Positions 26,878-35,997 are shown, counted from the stretch's first letter. The stretch is DNA of 38,246 bases from a virus (IMGVR_UViG_3300037310_000419:1-38246), one strand, 5' to 3'. The notes: generated by a model from the letters alone, not told the origin. Translations and numbers: made by a program.

Positions 26878-27723
26878 TCATCGTGGCGTGACAAATGGCG
26901 GCTTTCCTTCGGGCGTGAATTTGATGAGCGGAGTATTTGCCTTGAGGAACATCACTTCGACTTCGCTGTAAGTCTGAGTGTATGTCCGCCGCGAAACATC
27001 AAAAACTGTAAAGCCAGCAGGCAAACCCCAAATTTCCGAAGTATCACGAACAACTATCAATTGATTGCCAACAAAACAGGGGTTTTGTTGTTCAAAAATC
27101 CGAATGAGATTGCGGAGGATTCCCGCCTTCTCATCAATCGAATGTTCTCGAAACTGCCCTCCGCCCATCTTCTCAGTCAAATCCACTGACAATCCGCCAT
27201 AAATCCGATTTTCTTCCATATCCTTCGTGATAACACTGCCTAAAAGCGCCATACTCTTCGCAGCAACCTTCACTGGCGAAACAAGACAGCAGCCAACAAA
27301 CCATGCATCGCGTCCGATGTGCATATAATTCCGCGAGAAGAAGCGGCTGCCTTCGACAATATCGCCGAACTGGCAATGCGTCCAAATCTGCGAATGCGCT
27401 CCAATCCCCACGCCATCATCAATGCACAATCCGCCCTGGCTATCCAGCACAACATTGCCGCCAATCCAACAGTTTCGCCCAATCTGCAATTCTTCCTGCC
27501 CATGACAGAACGAATAAGCATTCAATTTGCTGTAATCGCCCAACCGAAATTCAGGGCAAAGGATTTTTGTGTTTTCGCCAATGTAGCAGAAATCGCCCAG
27601 CACGAGCCGCTTCATTGGGCCGTGTTTGCCGCGAATCACCACACCTTTTTCAACGACAACGCCACGTCCCAAAATCACTTCATCAGCTTCGATTGTTCCT
27701 TCAATCCTGTTGGGCCAATCCAT
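26878..27723 (-). CDS. Left-handed beta-helix (hexapeptide) acyltransferase
   Basis: IGRNCWIGGNVVL, IDDGVGIG, LLGSVITKD repeats; ATG 27723 likely. Confidence 0.85.
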   Translation of the reverse strand: MDWPNRIEGTIEADEVILGRGVVVEKGVVIRGKHGPMKRLVLGDFCYIGENTKILCPEFRLGDYSKLNAYSFCHGQEELQIGRNCWIGGNVVLDSQGGLCIDDGVGIGAHSQIWTHCQFGDIVEGSRFFSRNYMHIGRDAWFVGCCLVSPVKVAAKSMALLGSVITKDMEENRIYGGLSVDLTEKMGGGQFREHSIDEKAGILRNLIRIFEQQNPCFVGNQLIVVRDTSEIWGLPAGFTVFDVSRRTYTQTYSEVEVMFLKANTPLIKFTPEGKPPFVTPR

Positions 27724-27727
27724 AAGC

Positions 27728-28063
27728 TTAATCCTTTTTGTAGCGTTTCGCATAAATTTCAGGGTCTGTCATTACCTTCAATGTTGAATCATAATCCCAA
27801 TCGGGAGGGGTCTTTACATCTTGCAGACAAACCCATTCGTTTTCAACAATTCGATAATCAACAGGCATTGATATGCAAGGGTAGGGTTTTGGTGGCAGAT
27901 GAGACATCAATCCATAAACAGTGATGACATCGCCATTGATCTCTGTGATTTTGGCGTATCCGTTATAATCAGCAGTTTCAACATGTCCACGCCAATCAAT
28001 ATGTGGTTTTCTAACGTGCCAGGGCATATTTTCGCCTAGAAAAACTATGTCACCGATTTTCAT
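27728..28063 (-). CDS. Hypothetical protein (SH3-like)
   Basis: MKIGDIV...AKITEINGDVITV. Confidence 0.6.
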   Translation of the reverse strand: MKIGDIVFLGENMPWHVRKPHIDWRGHVETADYNGYAKITEINGDVITVYGLMSHLPPKPYPCISMPVDYRIVENEWVCLQDVKTPPDWDYDSTLKVMTDPEIYAKRYKKD

Positions 28064-28067
28064 GTGC

Positions 28068-28376
28068 TTATTCCTTCTTCTTTTTGGGATTGATAGTTTT
28101 TAGGGGAATGTACGGCACAACATCATCAATCAAAATCCCGCTATCATCGCCTTCGCTCCCCTCTCCTAGCGCAGCGTTCGGGAGAAGGGGAGGCGTGCTG
28201 TCACTTTGCGCCGCCGATAGGGGTGAGGGCGTCAGTTCCGCCAGCTTCGCCTTCACTTCATTCAGGTTTTTAGAATGAAAAACAGGCTCCATCGTCTTCG
28301 GCCTGCCTTTTTCATCGCAATCCATAATCGCCCAGAACTGTTGACGCCAGCGCATCATTCGGTAGTTATTGCCCAT
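28068..28376 (-). CDS. Hypothetical protein with in-frame repeat insertion
   Basis: Contains R5, read as TPSPLS...PLLPNAALGEGS. Confidence 0.55.
   Translation of the reverse strand: MGNNYRMMRWRQQFWAIMDCDEKGRPKTMEPVFHSKNLNEVKAKLAELTPSPLSAAQSDSTPPLLPNAALGEGSEGDDSGILIDDVVPYIPLKTINPKKKKE
28156..28230 (+). repeat. REP-like hairpin plus G-rich repeat R5 (interrupted)
   Basis: Shares AGCGCAGCGTTCGGGAGA and TAGGGGTGAGGGC with R3. Confidence 0.7.
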
Positions 28377-29373
28377 TTCGCCGCCTTTCGATGCTGCTCA
28401 GCGAAGAAGCCCGTTGCATCTCGCCGAAAATACCGTTCTGATAAGGTTCGCTCATATCATCCCAGCCAACATCCCCATTTCTCCATGCGTCATACAGCGC
28501 ATTATTATGAAAGATGGCCCGTTGATCCGCTTCGCTCAATTCTGCGAAGCGCTCACGCCCCGTGCGATAGCCGATATTCCAGCGTGAAGCCCGTGTTATC
28601 GGCGCTGGCGTGCATCTTCCCCGATGATGATCATTCAGATTCCGCGTGATGGGGAAAATCATTCCATCCATAGACCAGCACGAAATGCAAGTCCGCCTAT
28701 CCTTCGCGCTCAGCCACATCCAACCGGTAACGATGCCCGGATTTGCCCGATAGCCTTCGTGTGTAGCATCTCGCGCCGCATAAATCTGAGTCGTTCGGCT
28801 GATATTCTCCGCCCAGGAATACGGAATATTTGTCCAATCAGAAATAATCCCGGCGACTTGCCTGGGATTTCGCCCCTGGGCAGCACCAGTAATTAGCAAA
28901 TCGGCGATATGATTCGCGGCATTTTCCCCAAATTGAGACAAAGCCAGACGCATTTCAGGGCTATCCGCATAATTCACAGCAGCGCGAACAGCACCGGGGT
29001 CAGGTCGAACCCAACCGCCAACATTCACGCCAGCCGAAGCATTCACCATATTTTGCGAAGCGTTCAAACCCGCCTGTATCCCCGCAGTATTGCCGGCATT
29101 CACTTCTTGCCCTAATATCTGCGAAAACCCATCCATCTCGGTTTTTACCGTCGCCAGCAAATCAATATATTCCGGCAGGCTCACGAGATTTGTAGTTTCA
29201 TCGCCGTGTACTAATGCCTGAACAAGCCGATTCGCCGTCGCTTCAATTTCTGGCAGGATATTTTCATAAGCATCGAGCAAACGCTGGCTGCTCTGGGCGT
29301 CAAATTGCGCCATTTCTTGCCGCCAGTCATTCCGCCGAATGATTTCAGCAGTTCCATCAGCATCTTGGCTCAT
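28366..29373 (-). CDS. Minor head protein (MuF/SPP1 gp7 family)
   Basis: ISRTT, WMWLSAKDRRTCISC...DG, HHRGRC. Confidence 0.88.
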   Translation of the reverse strand: MSQDADGTAEIIRRNDWRQEMAQFDAQSSQRLLDAYENILPEIEATANRLVQALVHGDETTNLVSLPEYIDLLATVKTEMDGFSQILGQEVNAGNTAGIQAGLNASQNMVNASAGVNVGGWVRPDPGAVRAAVNYADSPEMRLALSQFGENAANHIADLLITGAAQGRNPRQVAGIISDWTNIPYSWAENISRTTQIYAARDATHEGYRANPGIVTGWMWLSAKDRRTCISCWSMDGMIFPITRNLNDHHRGRCTPAPITRASRWNIGYRTGRERFAELSEADQRAIFHNNALYDAWRNGDVGWDDMSEPYQNGIFGEMQRASSLSSIERRRNGQ

Positions 29374-29539
29374 CGGCTTTTTCCTTTTTGCTGAAAAGCT
29401 TGCGAATATCTCTCCGTGCCATAATGAGTCCGCTAATCAAACTTGCTACCAGATACCATTCTTCTTCTGCTATCAAACGCACGAGCGCAATCAATAGCAC
29501 TCCAAAGAGGATAATCATCAGAAACTTGTCTGTTTTCAA
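29357..29539 (-). CDS. Small two-TM membrane protein
   Basis: Two hydrophobic helices and a basic tail. Confidence 0.5.
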   Translation of the reverse strand: MKTDKFLMIILFGVLLIALVRLIAEEEWYLVASLISGLIMARRDIRKLFSKKEKADEPRC

Positions 29540-29580
29540 AATGCACCTACTGACAAGATGTCAAAATGATTCCCAGCGAA

Positions 29581-29619
29581 TCCCCTCCTTGCGAAGCGGG
29601 GAGGGGTTAGGGGTGGGGA
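29581..29619 (+). repeat. REP-like hairpin plus G-rich repeat R6
   Basis: TCCCCTCCTTGCGAAGCGGGGAGGGGTTAGGGGTGGGGA, abutting the portal stop. Confidence 0.8.
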
Positions 29620-31029
29620 TTAGAAAACGCCCCGTTCATTCATCTTCACGCGCTCATTGATTTTCAATTCCGCCTCAGCCTTCGATGATTCTTGCCGTTT
29701 CTGCAACTCAGCATCATAATCGCGGCCTAATTCCTTCGCCAAAGTTTGCGGCGAAGTCACGCCAATCTGCTTTTCAGTTTCGGCGGCTGCCACCAACTCA
29801 GCCCGATTCACAGGCAAGGGGTCAGTCCATCGCGTGACAATTGTCACGCCATCGATGCCAAACATCGCCAGAATCCGCCGCGCCAGCTCCGCGAAACCAT
29901 CGCCGTAAAGCTTGCGTTTCTCATCAATCATCAGCAGCATATTGAGATACAGCATCCGCACGCCGAAATTCGTCAAGCCGCCAACTTTATCCTTAATCGC
30001 CGCCTGGTCTAAAACGCGCCGTTCGCTGAAAAAACGGCTTTCCAGCTTTTCAAGAAAATGGGATGAAGAAGCCAAATCGCTCTGCATTTCGAGATTAAAC
30101 ACATCCAAACCATCGTTCTTGCCGATTGGGAACGTCACCAACCCATCTGGGCGAACATCAATATCACCAGAATCAGGCAATCCCGTGATAATCGTTTTCG
30201 GATGCCCGTGGAATTTGATGATTTTGCCGATGTTGCTTGCCACGAAATTCACGCCATTATTCAGCCGCAAGCTGCTTTCCGTGAGTGTGGTATTGCCATA
30301 AAAGGAATGAGGTTTCCGCGCATTCTTCCAGTCAACAATCGGCGCGAAGGGATAGGGCCAGACTTGCCGCGCAGTTTCCTCGAATTTGCTGCTGCTGTTC
30401 TTGCCCACATATTCGATAATCCACCAGACATCCTCGGCTTCTTCATCCTCTGTTTTCAGCAGAAAATCAGGCACAATATCCTGCATATAAATATCTTTGC
30501 CCACTTCCCACATGAGCCGATACCAAAGCCGCGCCTTTTTTGTGCCAACTCGCGTTATATCCCAAAAGACAGCCACATATCGCGCATCCAGCAGCGAAAA
30601 TTCAGGCAAATCATCTTCATCAAATTGCGGCATTTCGCCTTGCGTGGGCGTGCCATCAGGAATCGCCAATCGCAAAAAAACATGACCGGCGACATTCCCC
30701 GCTTCGATGGCATCCGCCGCCATCTCGCCGAAAACATTCGTTTCAAAAACCAGCTTCAGCAGTTCATTGGCAGTTTCGGCATTCTCGCCTTCCGCCACGA
30801 TTTGCGGCTGGCCCATGAATTCGCCAATATCATCAATGATTTGCCCTGCCAGATTGAAATAAAGGTTATCATCGCGCTCCCCAGCAACCACTTCCAGAGT
30901 CGCGGGATGATGCCCTTCGCGCCATTGCCAGAGCTTATTAATCGCCTCATTCCGCTCTTTGCGCTCTTTGTCGTAAATCTCCATGAGCGTCTTATCAAGC
31001 GGCTCATATTTTTTCAATACAGCAGGCAT
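29620..31029 (-). CDS. Portal protein (SPP1 gp6-like)
   Basis: 469 aa after the large terminase; PIVDWKN, WTDPLP..., SPQTLAKELG. Confidence 0.85.
   Translation of the reverse strand: MPAVLKKYEPLDKTLMEIYDKERKERNEAINKLWQWREGHHPATLEVVAGERDDNLYFNLAGQIIDDIGEFMGQPQIVAEGENAETANELLKLVFETNVFGEMAADAIEAGNVAGHVFLRLAIPDGTPTQGEMPQFDEDDLPEFSLLDARYVAVFWDITRVGTKKARLWYRLMWEVGKDIYMQDIVPDFLLKTEDEEAEDVWWIIEYVGKNSSSKFEETARQVWPYPFAPIVDWKNARKPHSFYGNTTLTESSLRLNNGVNFVASNIGKIIKFHGHPKTIITGLPDSGDIDVRPDGLVTFPIGKNDGLDVFNLEMQSDLASSSHFLEKLESRFFSERRVLDQAAIKDKVGGLTNFGVRMLYLNMLLMIDEKRKLYGDGFAELARRILAMFGIDGVTIVTRWTDPLPVNRAELVAAAETEKQIGVTSPQTLAKELGRDYDAELQKRQESSKAEAELKINERVKMNERGVF
29833..29848. promoter_or_regulatory. 16-bp palindrome CGTGACAATTGTCACG, copy 3
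   Basis: Perfect copy inside the portal gene. Confidence 0.7.
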
Positions 31030-31050
31030 ATCATTCCTCCAATTTCCATC

Positions 31051-31087
31051 TCCCTCCTTGCGAAGCGGGGAGGGTTAGGGGTGGGGA
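31051..31087 (+). repeat. REP-like hairpin plus G-rich repeat R7
   Basis: Near-identical to R6; abuts the terL stop. Confidence 0.8.
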
Positions 31088-32611
31088 TTATGTATAAAAT
31101 GGATTTTTCTTCTGACTCTTCGCTTTCCCGATAACATCAACCGCCATCACAGCATAACGACTTGCGTCAGCGCCATGATCATCAGCTTTCACGGGTTCTT
31201 CCTTTTTACTGGCATCGCTCCACACATAGCCGCCCATTTCTTCTTCGGTACAAGTCGGCTTGCCGGCTTCCTTCAATTCAATATCCATCTGAACACGAGC
31301 GCCGCGAACGAAGAAGAGTCTCGCTTTACCATCTTTTTGAACGCGCAAACGCTCCTGAACAGCCTGAATCCCATTTCGCACAGCTTTATTCGCTGCTTTT
31401 GTTATAATCCCATATTTGGCAAGCGTGGCCCGGTCTTCAGCATCATGGTCAGCCACCGAAAACTCAATTCTTTCATTCGCGGCTGCCTTCGCTCTCAGTT
31501 CCCGCCAGAATTTTCCGTTTGTCTTATCGCTGTCCTTATGCTGCTCTGCCAGCGCTTCAAGCTCTTCCTTAGATAATCCCGCTTCCAGTCGAAAAATCTC
31601 TATCGCCGCGTCAGAAACCAGCAATCCAGTCTGATAAATCTCCCGATAGCGATAAAGCCGCCCATCATGGTCAACGCCCCACCATTGAATAACAAGCGGA
31701 TGGCGAAAACCGAAGTCAATCGAGCGGAATCGCCGTACAAAATTCGGCACTTTATCTGGCGAAATAACGTGAATATCCTCATTCCATTCATCGTAAATCG
31801 CGCCTTCAGCCACTGCCCAGCGATTATGAACATAGCGCTCTTTGCGAACGCCCGTGAGTCTCGCCAGCTTTCCATTAACATAGCGATTCCCTTTTTCCGT
31901 CCAATTTTCGCCATCCCACCAGGCAGGGTTATCTTTGTGGTATGTGTTCAGCATCTTGACCAGGCCGCTATCAACACGCTGTTTTAGCCAGTGGTCAGGT
32001 CTATCGGGGTTTGTATCGCCCAGCAGAATAGCGTGAGGATAAACACCTCTCCCCAGCCGCATAATCATCATTTCCCATTCTGCCAGCGAAAATTGCACGG
32101 CTTCAGCAGGATAGATGATGTCATATTCCGCCGAAAGTACCGCGCCAGGTCTATCCATGCCGCCAACCACAATTTCCGAACCATTCGGATATTTGTAGCT
32201 CAGTCGATATTGCCTCGAAACATTCGTGACAACAGGATTATCCAAGCCCATCACATCGCGCTCGAACGTCACGAGCGTGCTTTGCGCCAAATCCGCTCGA
32301 ACAGCACGAATAATCAAAGCCCTCGCGCCTGGGAATTCCCACATTACCCAGTTGATGAATTGTAGAATGCGGAGGGTCTTGCCAGTGCCAGCCGCGCCGC
32401 AAAGCAAAACCTCTTCATACGCCAGCACAGCCTCATCGAAGGCTTTTCCCATGTTACCGCGAAATTCATAATCCCAGCGGCACTTCGCCTTCGCCTGACG
32501 GATAGCCGTTTTCTGCTTTGCCTTCGCCAGCTTCCCGCGCGATACAAAATCAGGCGGCGTTGATGGGGATACCCGCTTCCCGGAATAGTTGGGCTGCAAG
32601 GTCTCCTCCAA
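31088..32611 (-). CDS. terL: Terminase large subunit
   Basis: Walker A GAAGTGKT, DTNP coupling motif, nuclease IDFG and DDHGADASRY; start uncertain. Confidence 0.92.
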   Translation of the reverse strand: MEETLQPNYSGKRVSPSTPPDFVSRGKLAKAKQKTAIRQAKAKCRWDYEFRGNMGKAFDEAVLAYEEVLLCGAAGTGKTLRILQFINWVMWEFPGARALIIRAVRADLAQSTLVTFERDVMGLDNPVVTNVSRQYRLSYKYPNGSEIVVGGMDRPGAVLSAEYDIIYPAEAVQFSLAEWEMMIMRLGRGVYPHAILLGDTNPDRPDHWLKQRVDSGLVKMLNTYHKDNPAWWDGENWTEKGNRYVNGKLARLTGVRKERYVHNRWAVAEGAIYDEWNEDIHVISPDKVPNFVRRFRSIDFGFRHPLVIQWWGVDHDGRLYRYREIYQTGLLVSDAAIEIFRLEAGLSKEELEALAEQHKDSDKTNGKFWRELRAKAAANERIEFSVADHDAEDRATLAKYGIITKAANKAVRNGIQAVQERLRVQKDGKARLFFVRGARVQMDIELKEAGKPTCTEEEMGGYVWSDASKKEEPVKADDHGADASRYAVMAVDVIGKAKSQKKNPFYT

Positions 32612-33137
32612 ATTCTGAACTTAGCGCCTCAAAGTCAATCTGATTTGCACGAATCGCCGCAATCGCCTCATCACGCCAATCCAGCATCTGAACCTTATCC
32701 GTGAAGAGCTTGTGATAACGCCCCAACTGAACCAACGCGCTCTGGGCATCATGCAGCTCGACTTCGTTTTCGTAAATTGTGGCTTTATCCGTGATGGTTT
32801 TCTTTGTTTTCCAGCGCTTAATCAGGTGCATCTTCCCCGATTCTCGCGCCTTATCAATAGAAGGATTTCCTCTCGCATCCAGAAAATCCTCGAAGCTGCT
32901 GCGTGCATGTTCACTTAAGAGGAAGAGAACCTCATTCGCGCCCATCGCAGATTCTTTCAATCGTTCCTCAATCGCCTCTTTAATCTGAGGTTTTCTGAGG
33001 TTTTCATAACCAATCGAAGCCGCCGTAACGCGATTGTCCTTCACCTTATAGCCAGCGCGAATCACCGCTTCTGTGGCATTTCGCCCACACAGGAAATATT
33101 GATTGATGAACTCACGCTGTAAATTTGTCAGTGCCAT
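32550..33137 (-). CDS. terS: Terminase small subunit
   Basis: LTNLQREFINQY...NATEAVIRAGY...ENLRKPQI. Confidence 0.92.
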   Translation of the reverse strand: MALTNLQREFINQYFLCGRNATEAVIRAGYKVKDNRVTAASIGYENLRKPQIKEAIEERLKESAMGANEVLFLLSEHARSSFEDFLDARGNPSIDKARESGKMHLIKRWKTKKTITDKATIYENEVELHDAQSALVQLGRYHKLFTDKVQMLDWRDEAIAAIRANQIDFEALSSEFGGDLAAQLFREAGIPINAA

Positions 33138-33204
33138 GATTACAGTCCAGAATCAGTCCGAACGTTCAATCTGATTCTAGCGAGACTGTCAAAATTCAGT
33201 TTTA

Positions 33205-33492
33205 CTAGTAAATCAACGGCTGAAATTCTTCATCTCCTGTGAAATGAACAATAATCTCGCCGCTTTTCACCTCGAAGACCTTAACAATTTCAACCGTCTC
33301 AAACATTTCTGGCGATAAAAGTAAAATTCCATCCATGATATATTCTTGAACTTGGGGATGTGTTGGCCCTGATGCACTGAATCTAATCAAATTCTCCGAT
33401 TTGCTGTATGAGACCGCGCGAATGTAATGTTCTCTGCCCATCATTCGCACCCTATACATCTTATGTTGATACTTCTCTAGCATGGTCATCAT
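33205..33492 (-). CDS. Hypothetical protein
   Basis: Operon packing. Confidence 0.6.
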   Translation of the reverse strand: MMTMLEKYQHKMYRVRMMGREHYIRAVSYSKSENLIRFSASGPTHPQVQEYIMDGILLLSPEMFETVEIVKVFEVKSGEIIVHFTGDEEFQPLIY

Positions 33493-33867
33493 TCACCTTT
33501 CCTTCTTCAAAACCTTCGCCGCCGCCTGCAAATATCTCACGAAAACCTGTGTCTGGATGTAGCTATTTGGGTCAATTTTCTCCAGAGGCTTGAAGGAATT
33601 CTTCTCAATCACATCTTGTGTTTCTTCCAGAACATGACTGGTAAATTCCCGCAACGCCTCTAATTCTTGGCGTTCTTGAAAGTATGAATATGCATCCGAA
33701 ATCGCAAAGTGTAGCGTGTCTTCCTCATTCCGCTCAAAATCTGCGCTGTAGATGCAATCATAACCATCAGGACGAATGATTTGCACGAATGAGGTTGTAT
33801 GGTGCTGAACAATTTCCCACCCGTTCGTCTCCAATTCTTCGCGCATCTTCTGAATATCCGCCATCAC
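33493..33867 (-). CDS. Hypothetical protein
   Basis: GAGGTG RBS; overlap with its neighbour. Confidence 0.65.
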   Translation of the reverse strand: MMADIQKMREELETNGWEIVQHHTTSFVQIIRPDGYDCIYSADFERNEEDTLHFAISDAYSYFQERQELEALREFTSHVLEETQDVIEKNSFKPLEKIDPNSYIQTQVFVRYLQAAAKVLKKER

Positions 33868-34349
33868 GCCACCTCATATTTCATCGGTAGTTCCAGTTGA
33901 ATCATCTTATCATCCTGCCAATAATTCTCCTCAGCAGGAATCTCCCAGCGCCAATCTTTCTTCTCGCCGCGCTGCTGTGGCAGGCCAATCCACGCATCAT
34001 CAACCACGCGCCCAAACCAACCCACACCGAAACGCATCTCAACATCCACGCGGTTTTCCCCACGCAGCGTAATCGGCTCATAAACAAAACGCCGTTTCCC
34101 TTCCTGCCAGGGAAGAAATAGCGCAATCTTCTTTTCGCTCACAAATAATTCATGGAGATTTTCAGGATGCCGCGCAAAAAACGCCTTTGTCGCCGCCTCC
34201 TGCTTCTGAAAATGGCTTTCCTCATCGGCCTTCGCCATCCGCAAAGCCTCTAAATAGGGGTTCTCGAAATCGCGCTTCGACTTCGCCTTAAACAACTGCG
34301 AATTTCGCAGCTCTGCTTCCCGTTCATAAACGGTTTGGGGGATGCCCAT
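33864..34349 (-). CDS. Hypothetical protein
   Basis: 161-aa ORF. Confidence 0.65.
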   Translation of the reverse strand: MGIPQTVYEREAELRNSQLFKAKSKRDFENPYLEALRMAKADEESHFQKQEAATKAFFARHPENLHELFVSEKKIALFLPWQEGKRRFVYEPITLRGENRVDVEMRFGVGWFGRVVDDAWIGLPQQRGEKKDWRWEIPAEENYWQDDKMIQLELPMKYEVA

Positions 34350-34382
34350 ACAATCAAATCCATATCTTCCCCCGAAGATGTT

Positions 34383-34907
34383 TTACTTTGTGTTTTCTCT
34401 TGCGACTTTCAAAACCTTGAAATTCTGTTCAAGGCTGCCACTTTCCCAAGCCTTATGCCGCGCAAATGTCATAAATTCAATGAGTGCCGTCTCATGCGTC
34501 TCAAAATACACATCCAGTTTGACAGCTTCAAGGTATGGCATCACAGATTCCATAAGCAGTTCCATTTGCTTCATGCTTGGTTTCTGCCCGATTTTGATGA
34601 GTGCTTCTGTGTAACGCAAACGCTTGTAAACTTTTTCGTCTGACAGAATCGCGTCTAAAGCCTCATTTACAAGCCTGACACCATCTGGCACTCCACGAAC
34701 AGTATTTGATGCACCTTGCGAATCCTCAATATTGTGTGCTGCTTTGATAATATCAATAACAAAGGCAAGAGATTTTCCTTCATAAAGATACTTTTCCGCC
34801 AATTCACCGAAAAATCCTTTGGCGTATTCTTCCTTGCCGATACTTTTGTAGGTTTTCGCACATTCAAGAATCGCAGCATTAAGGCGTTCACGTTCTGCTT
34901 CACTCAC
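34383..34907 (-). CDS. Hypothetical protein
   Basis: 174-aa helical ORF with GTG start. Confidence 0.6.
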   Translation of the reverse strand: MSEAERERLNAAILECAKTYKSIGKEEYAKGFFGELAEKYLYEGKSLAFVIDIIKAAHNIEDSQGASNTVRGVPDGVRLVNEALDAILSDEKVYKRLRYTEALIKIGQKPSMKQMELLMESVMPYLEAVKLDVYFETHETALIEFMTFARHKAWESGSLEQNFKVLKVARENTK

Positions 34908-35124
34908 TCTTCCCTCTTCCGATAAACATTCGCGCCATTAATTGAAACCGATTTTACGCAATCAGGCATCTTCCCCGCCTGAATAATGGGCGCGTTCTGG
35001 TGCATCCTGCCATCCTCATCTGACATTGAGTCATCTCCTTGTAATCCAGCGTTTCACTCAAAGGGGTTCTTAGCCCCGACTGCATAGGACGCTCCTTCGG
35101 CTATTGACCATTCTTGTCTCTTAC

Positions 35125-35133
35125 ATTATATCA
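35125..35133 (-). promoter_or_regulatory. Leftward extended -10 promoter
   Basis: TGATATAAT on the minus strand, heading the leftward arm. Confidence 0.55.
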
Positions 35134-35139
35134 CTAAAT

Positions 35140-35168
35140 TTGCATTTTTAGCCGCTTTGTTCTACAAT
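35140..35168 (+). promoter_or_regulatory. Rightward promoter for the candidate sRNA
   Basis: TTGCAT-N17-TACAAT. Confidence 0.6.
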
Positions 35169-35174
35169 AAAATT

Positions 35175-35280
35175 GTAAGCTTACGAAACCCAACGGCGCG
35201 AACGCTGCTAGTTCCCCCGACAGCAATCCAGCCGATGTACTTGATGCCCAGTCCCGCGCCAACGTGGGATTTTTTGTTTT
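35175..35280 (+). ncRNA. Candidate trans-acting antisense sRNA
   Basis: Between a promoter and a terminator, no convincing ORF; contains TGTACTTGATGCC, complementary to the integrase leader. Confidence 0.5.
35252..35280 (+). terminator. Intrinsic terminator
   Basis: TCCCGCG-CCAA-CGTGGGA followed by TTTTTTGTTTT. Confidence 0.75.
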
Positions 35281-35284
35281 ATAC

Positions 35285-35300
35285 CGTGACAATTGTCACG
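35285..35300. promoter_or_regulatory. 16-bp palindrome CGTGACAATTGTCACG, copy 4
   Basis: Perfect copy upstream of the 35358 gene. Confidence 0.7.
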
Positions 35301-35357
35301 CCTCATGCCGTTTTTGTGTTATATTAATCCCAACATCAAGCACAAAAAGGGAAAATT

Positions 35358-35861
35358 ATGAAACCCGCCTTTTTCACCATTTTAATTTTCATTCTTGGGC
35401 TTTTCACCGTTCTCGCTCAGGACTCCGCCTACTCCGCCTGTGACGATTTAGCCGAACGCCTCACCACCATTCAGCAAAACACCGCCGCCCTCGATGCCAG
35501 CAGCGAAACCCTCTCCGAAGAAATTGCTTCTCTCCAGACGGAATTAAGTGCCCTCGATTCCGCCTGTCGTGGTCTAAGCTTCAACAGCGATGATGAAGGG
35601 CTTCAACCCGTTATTGGGCCAATCCTTTTGGAAGAAGGGGTGTATCGTTTAACATTTACCACTGATGGCTTCGGCGCTATTGATGGCACAATGCTTGATG
35701 GCGACTGCGAACGAGAAATCAATGTCATTTTTAATGAGGGACGCGGCGATGCTGAAGACGGTGCTCAACAGGTTCTGCAATTAGACGAAGATTGCGAATT
35801 CCTCTTAGAATTCAGCAATATCACCGAAGATTGGACATTCACAATCGAAAAGCTCCAATGA
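35358..35861 (+). CDS. Secreted acidic protein (possible superinfection exclusion/lysogenic conversion)
   Basis: Signal peptide ending VLA/QD; very acidic; next to the repressor. Confidence 0.7.
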   Translation: MKPAFFTILIFILGLFTVLAQDSAYSACDDLAERLTTIQQNTAALDASSETLSEEIASLQTELSALDSACRGLSFNSDDEGLQPVIGPILLEEGVYRLTFTTDGFGAIDGTMLDGDCEREINVIFNEGRGDAEDGAQQVLQLDEDCEFLLEFSNITEDWTFTIEKLQ

Positions 35862-35863
35862 AG

Positions 35864-35879
35864 CGTGACAATTGTCACG
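35864..35879. promoter_or_regulatory. 16-bp palindrome CGTGACAATTGTCACG, copy 5
   Basis: Perfect copy 2 bp after the stop of the 35358 gene. Confidence 0.7.
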
Positions 35880-35981
35880 CCATATACAATAAAAACTGTC
35901 ACTGGTTAAGGCCATTTGACAAAGGGGATGGGGGCCTTTCAACCCCCTTCCCAACCCCATTTACACCCCTCATTAGCAAAA

Positions 35982-35997
35982 TAGAATATACGTTCTA
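35982..35997. promoter_or_regulatory. Possible LexA (SOS) box
   Basis: TAGAATATACGTTCTA, one mismatch to AGAAC-N4-GTTCT. Confidence 0.4.

Noticed and set aside
35175-35280. Known riboswitch controlling the 35358 gene
   Set aside because: An alternative pairing exists (GGCGCG 35195-35200 with CGCGCC 35255-35260), but I recognise no aptamer consensus; an Rfam search would decide
35922-35958. G-rich/C-rich inverted repeat as an eighth REP-like copy
   Set aside because: Arm order and sequence differ from R1-R7; too degenerate to assign
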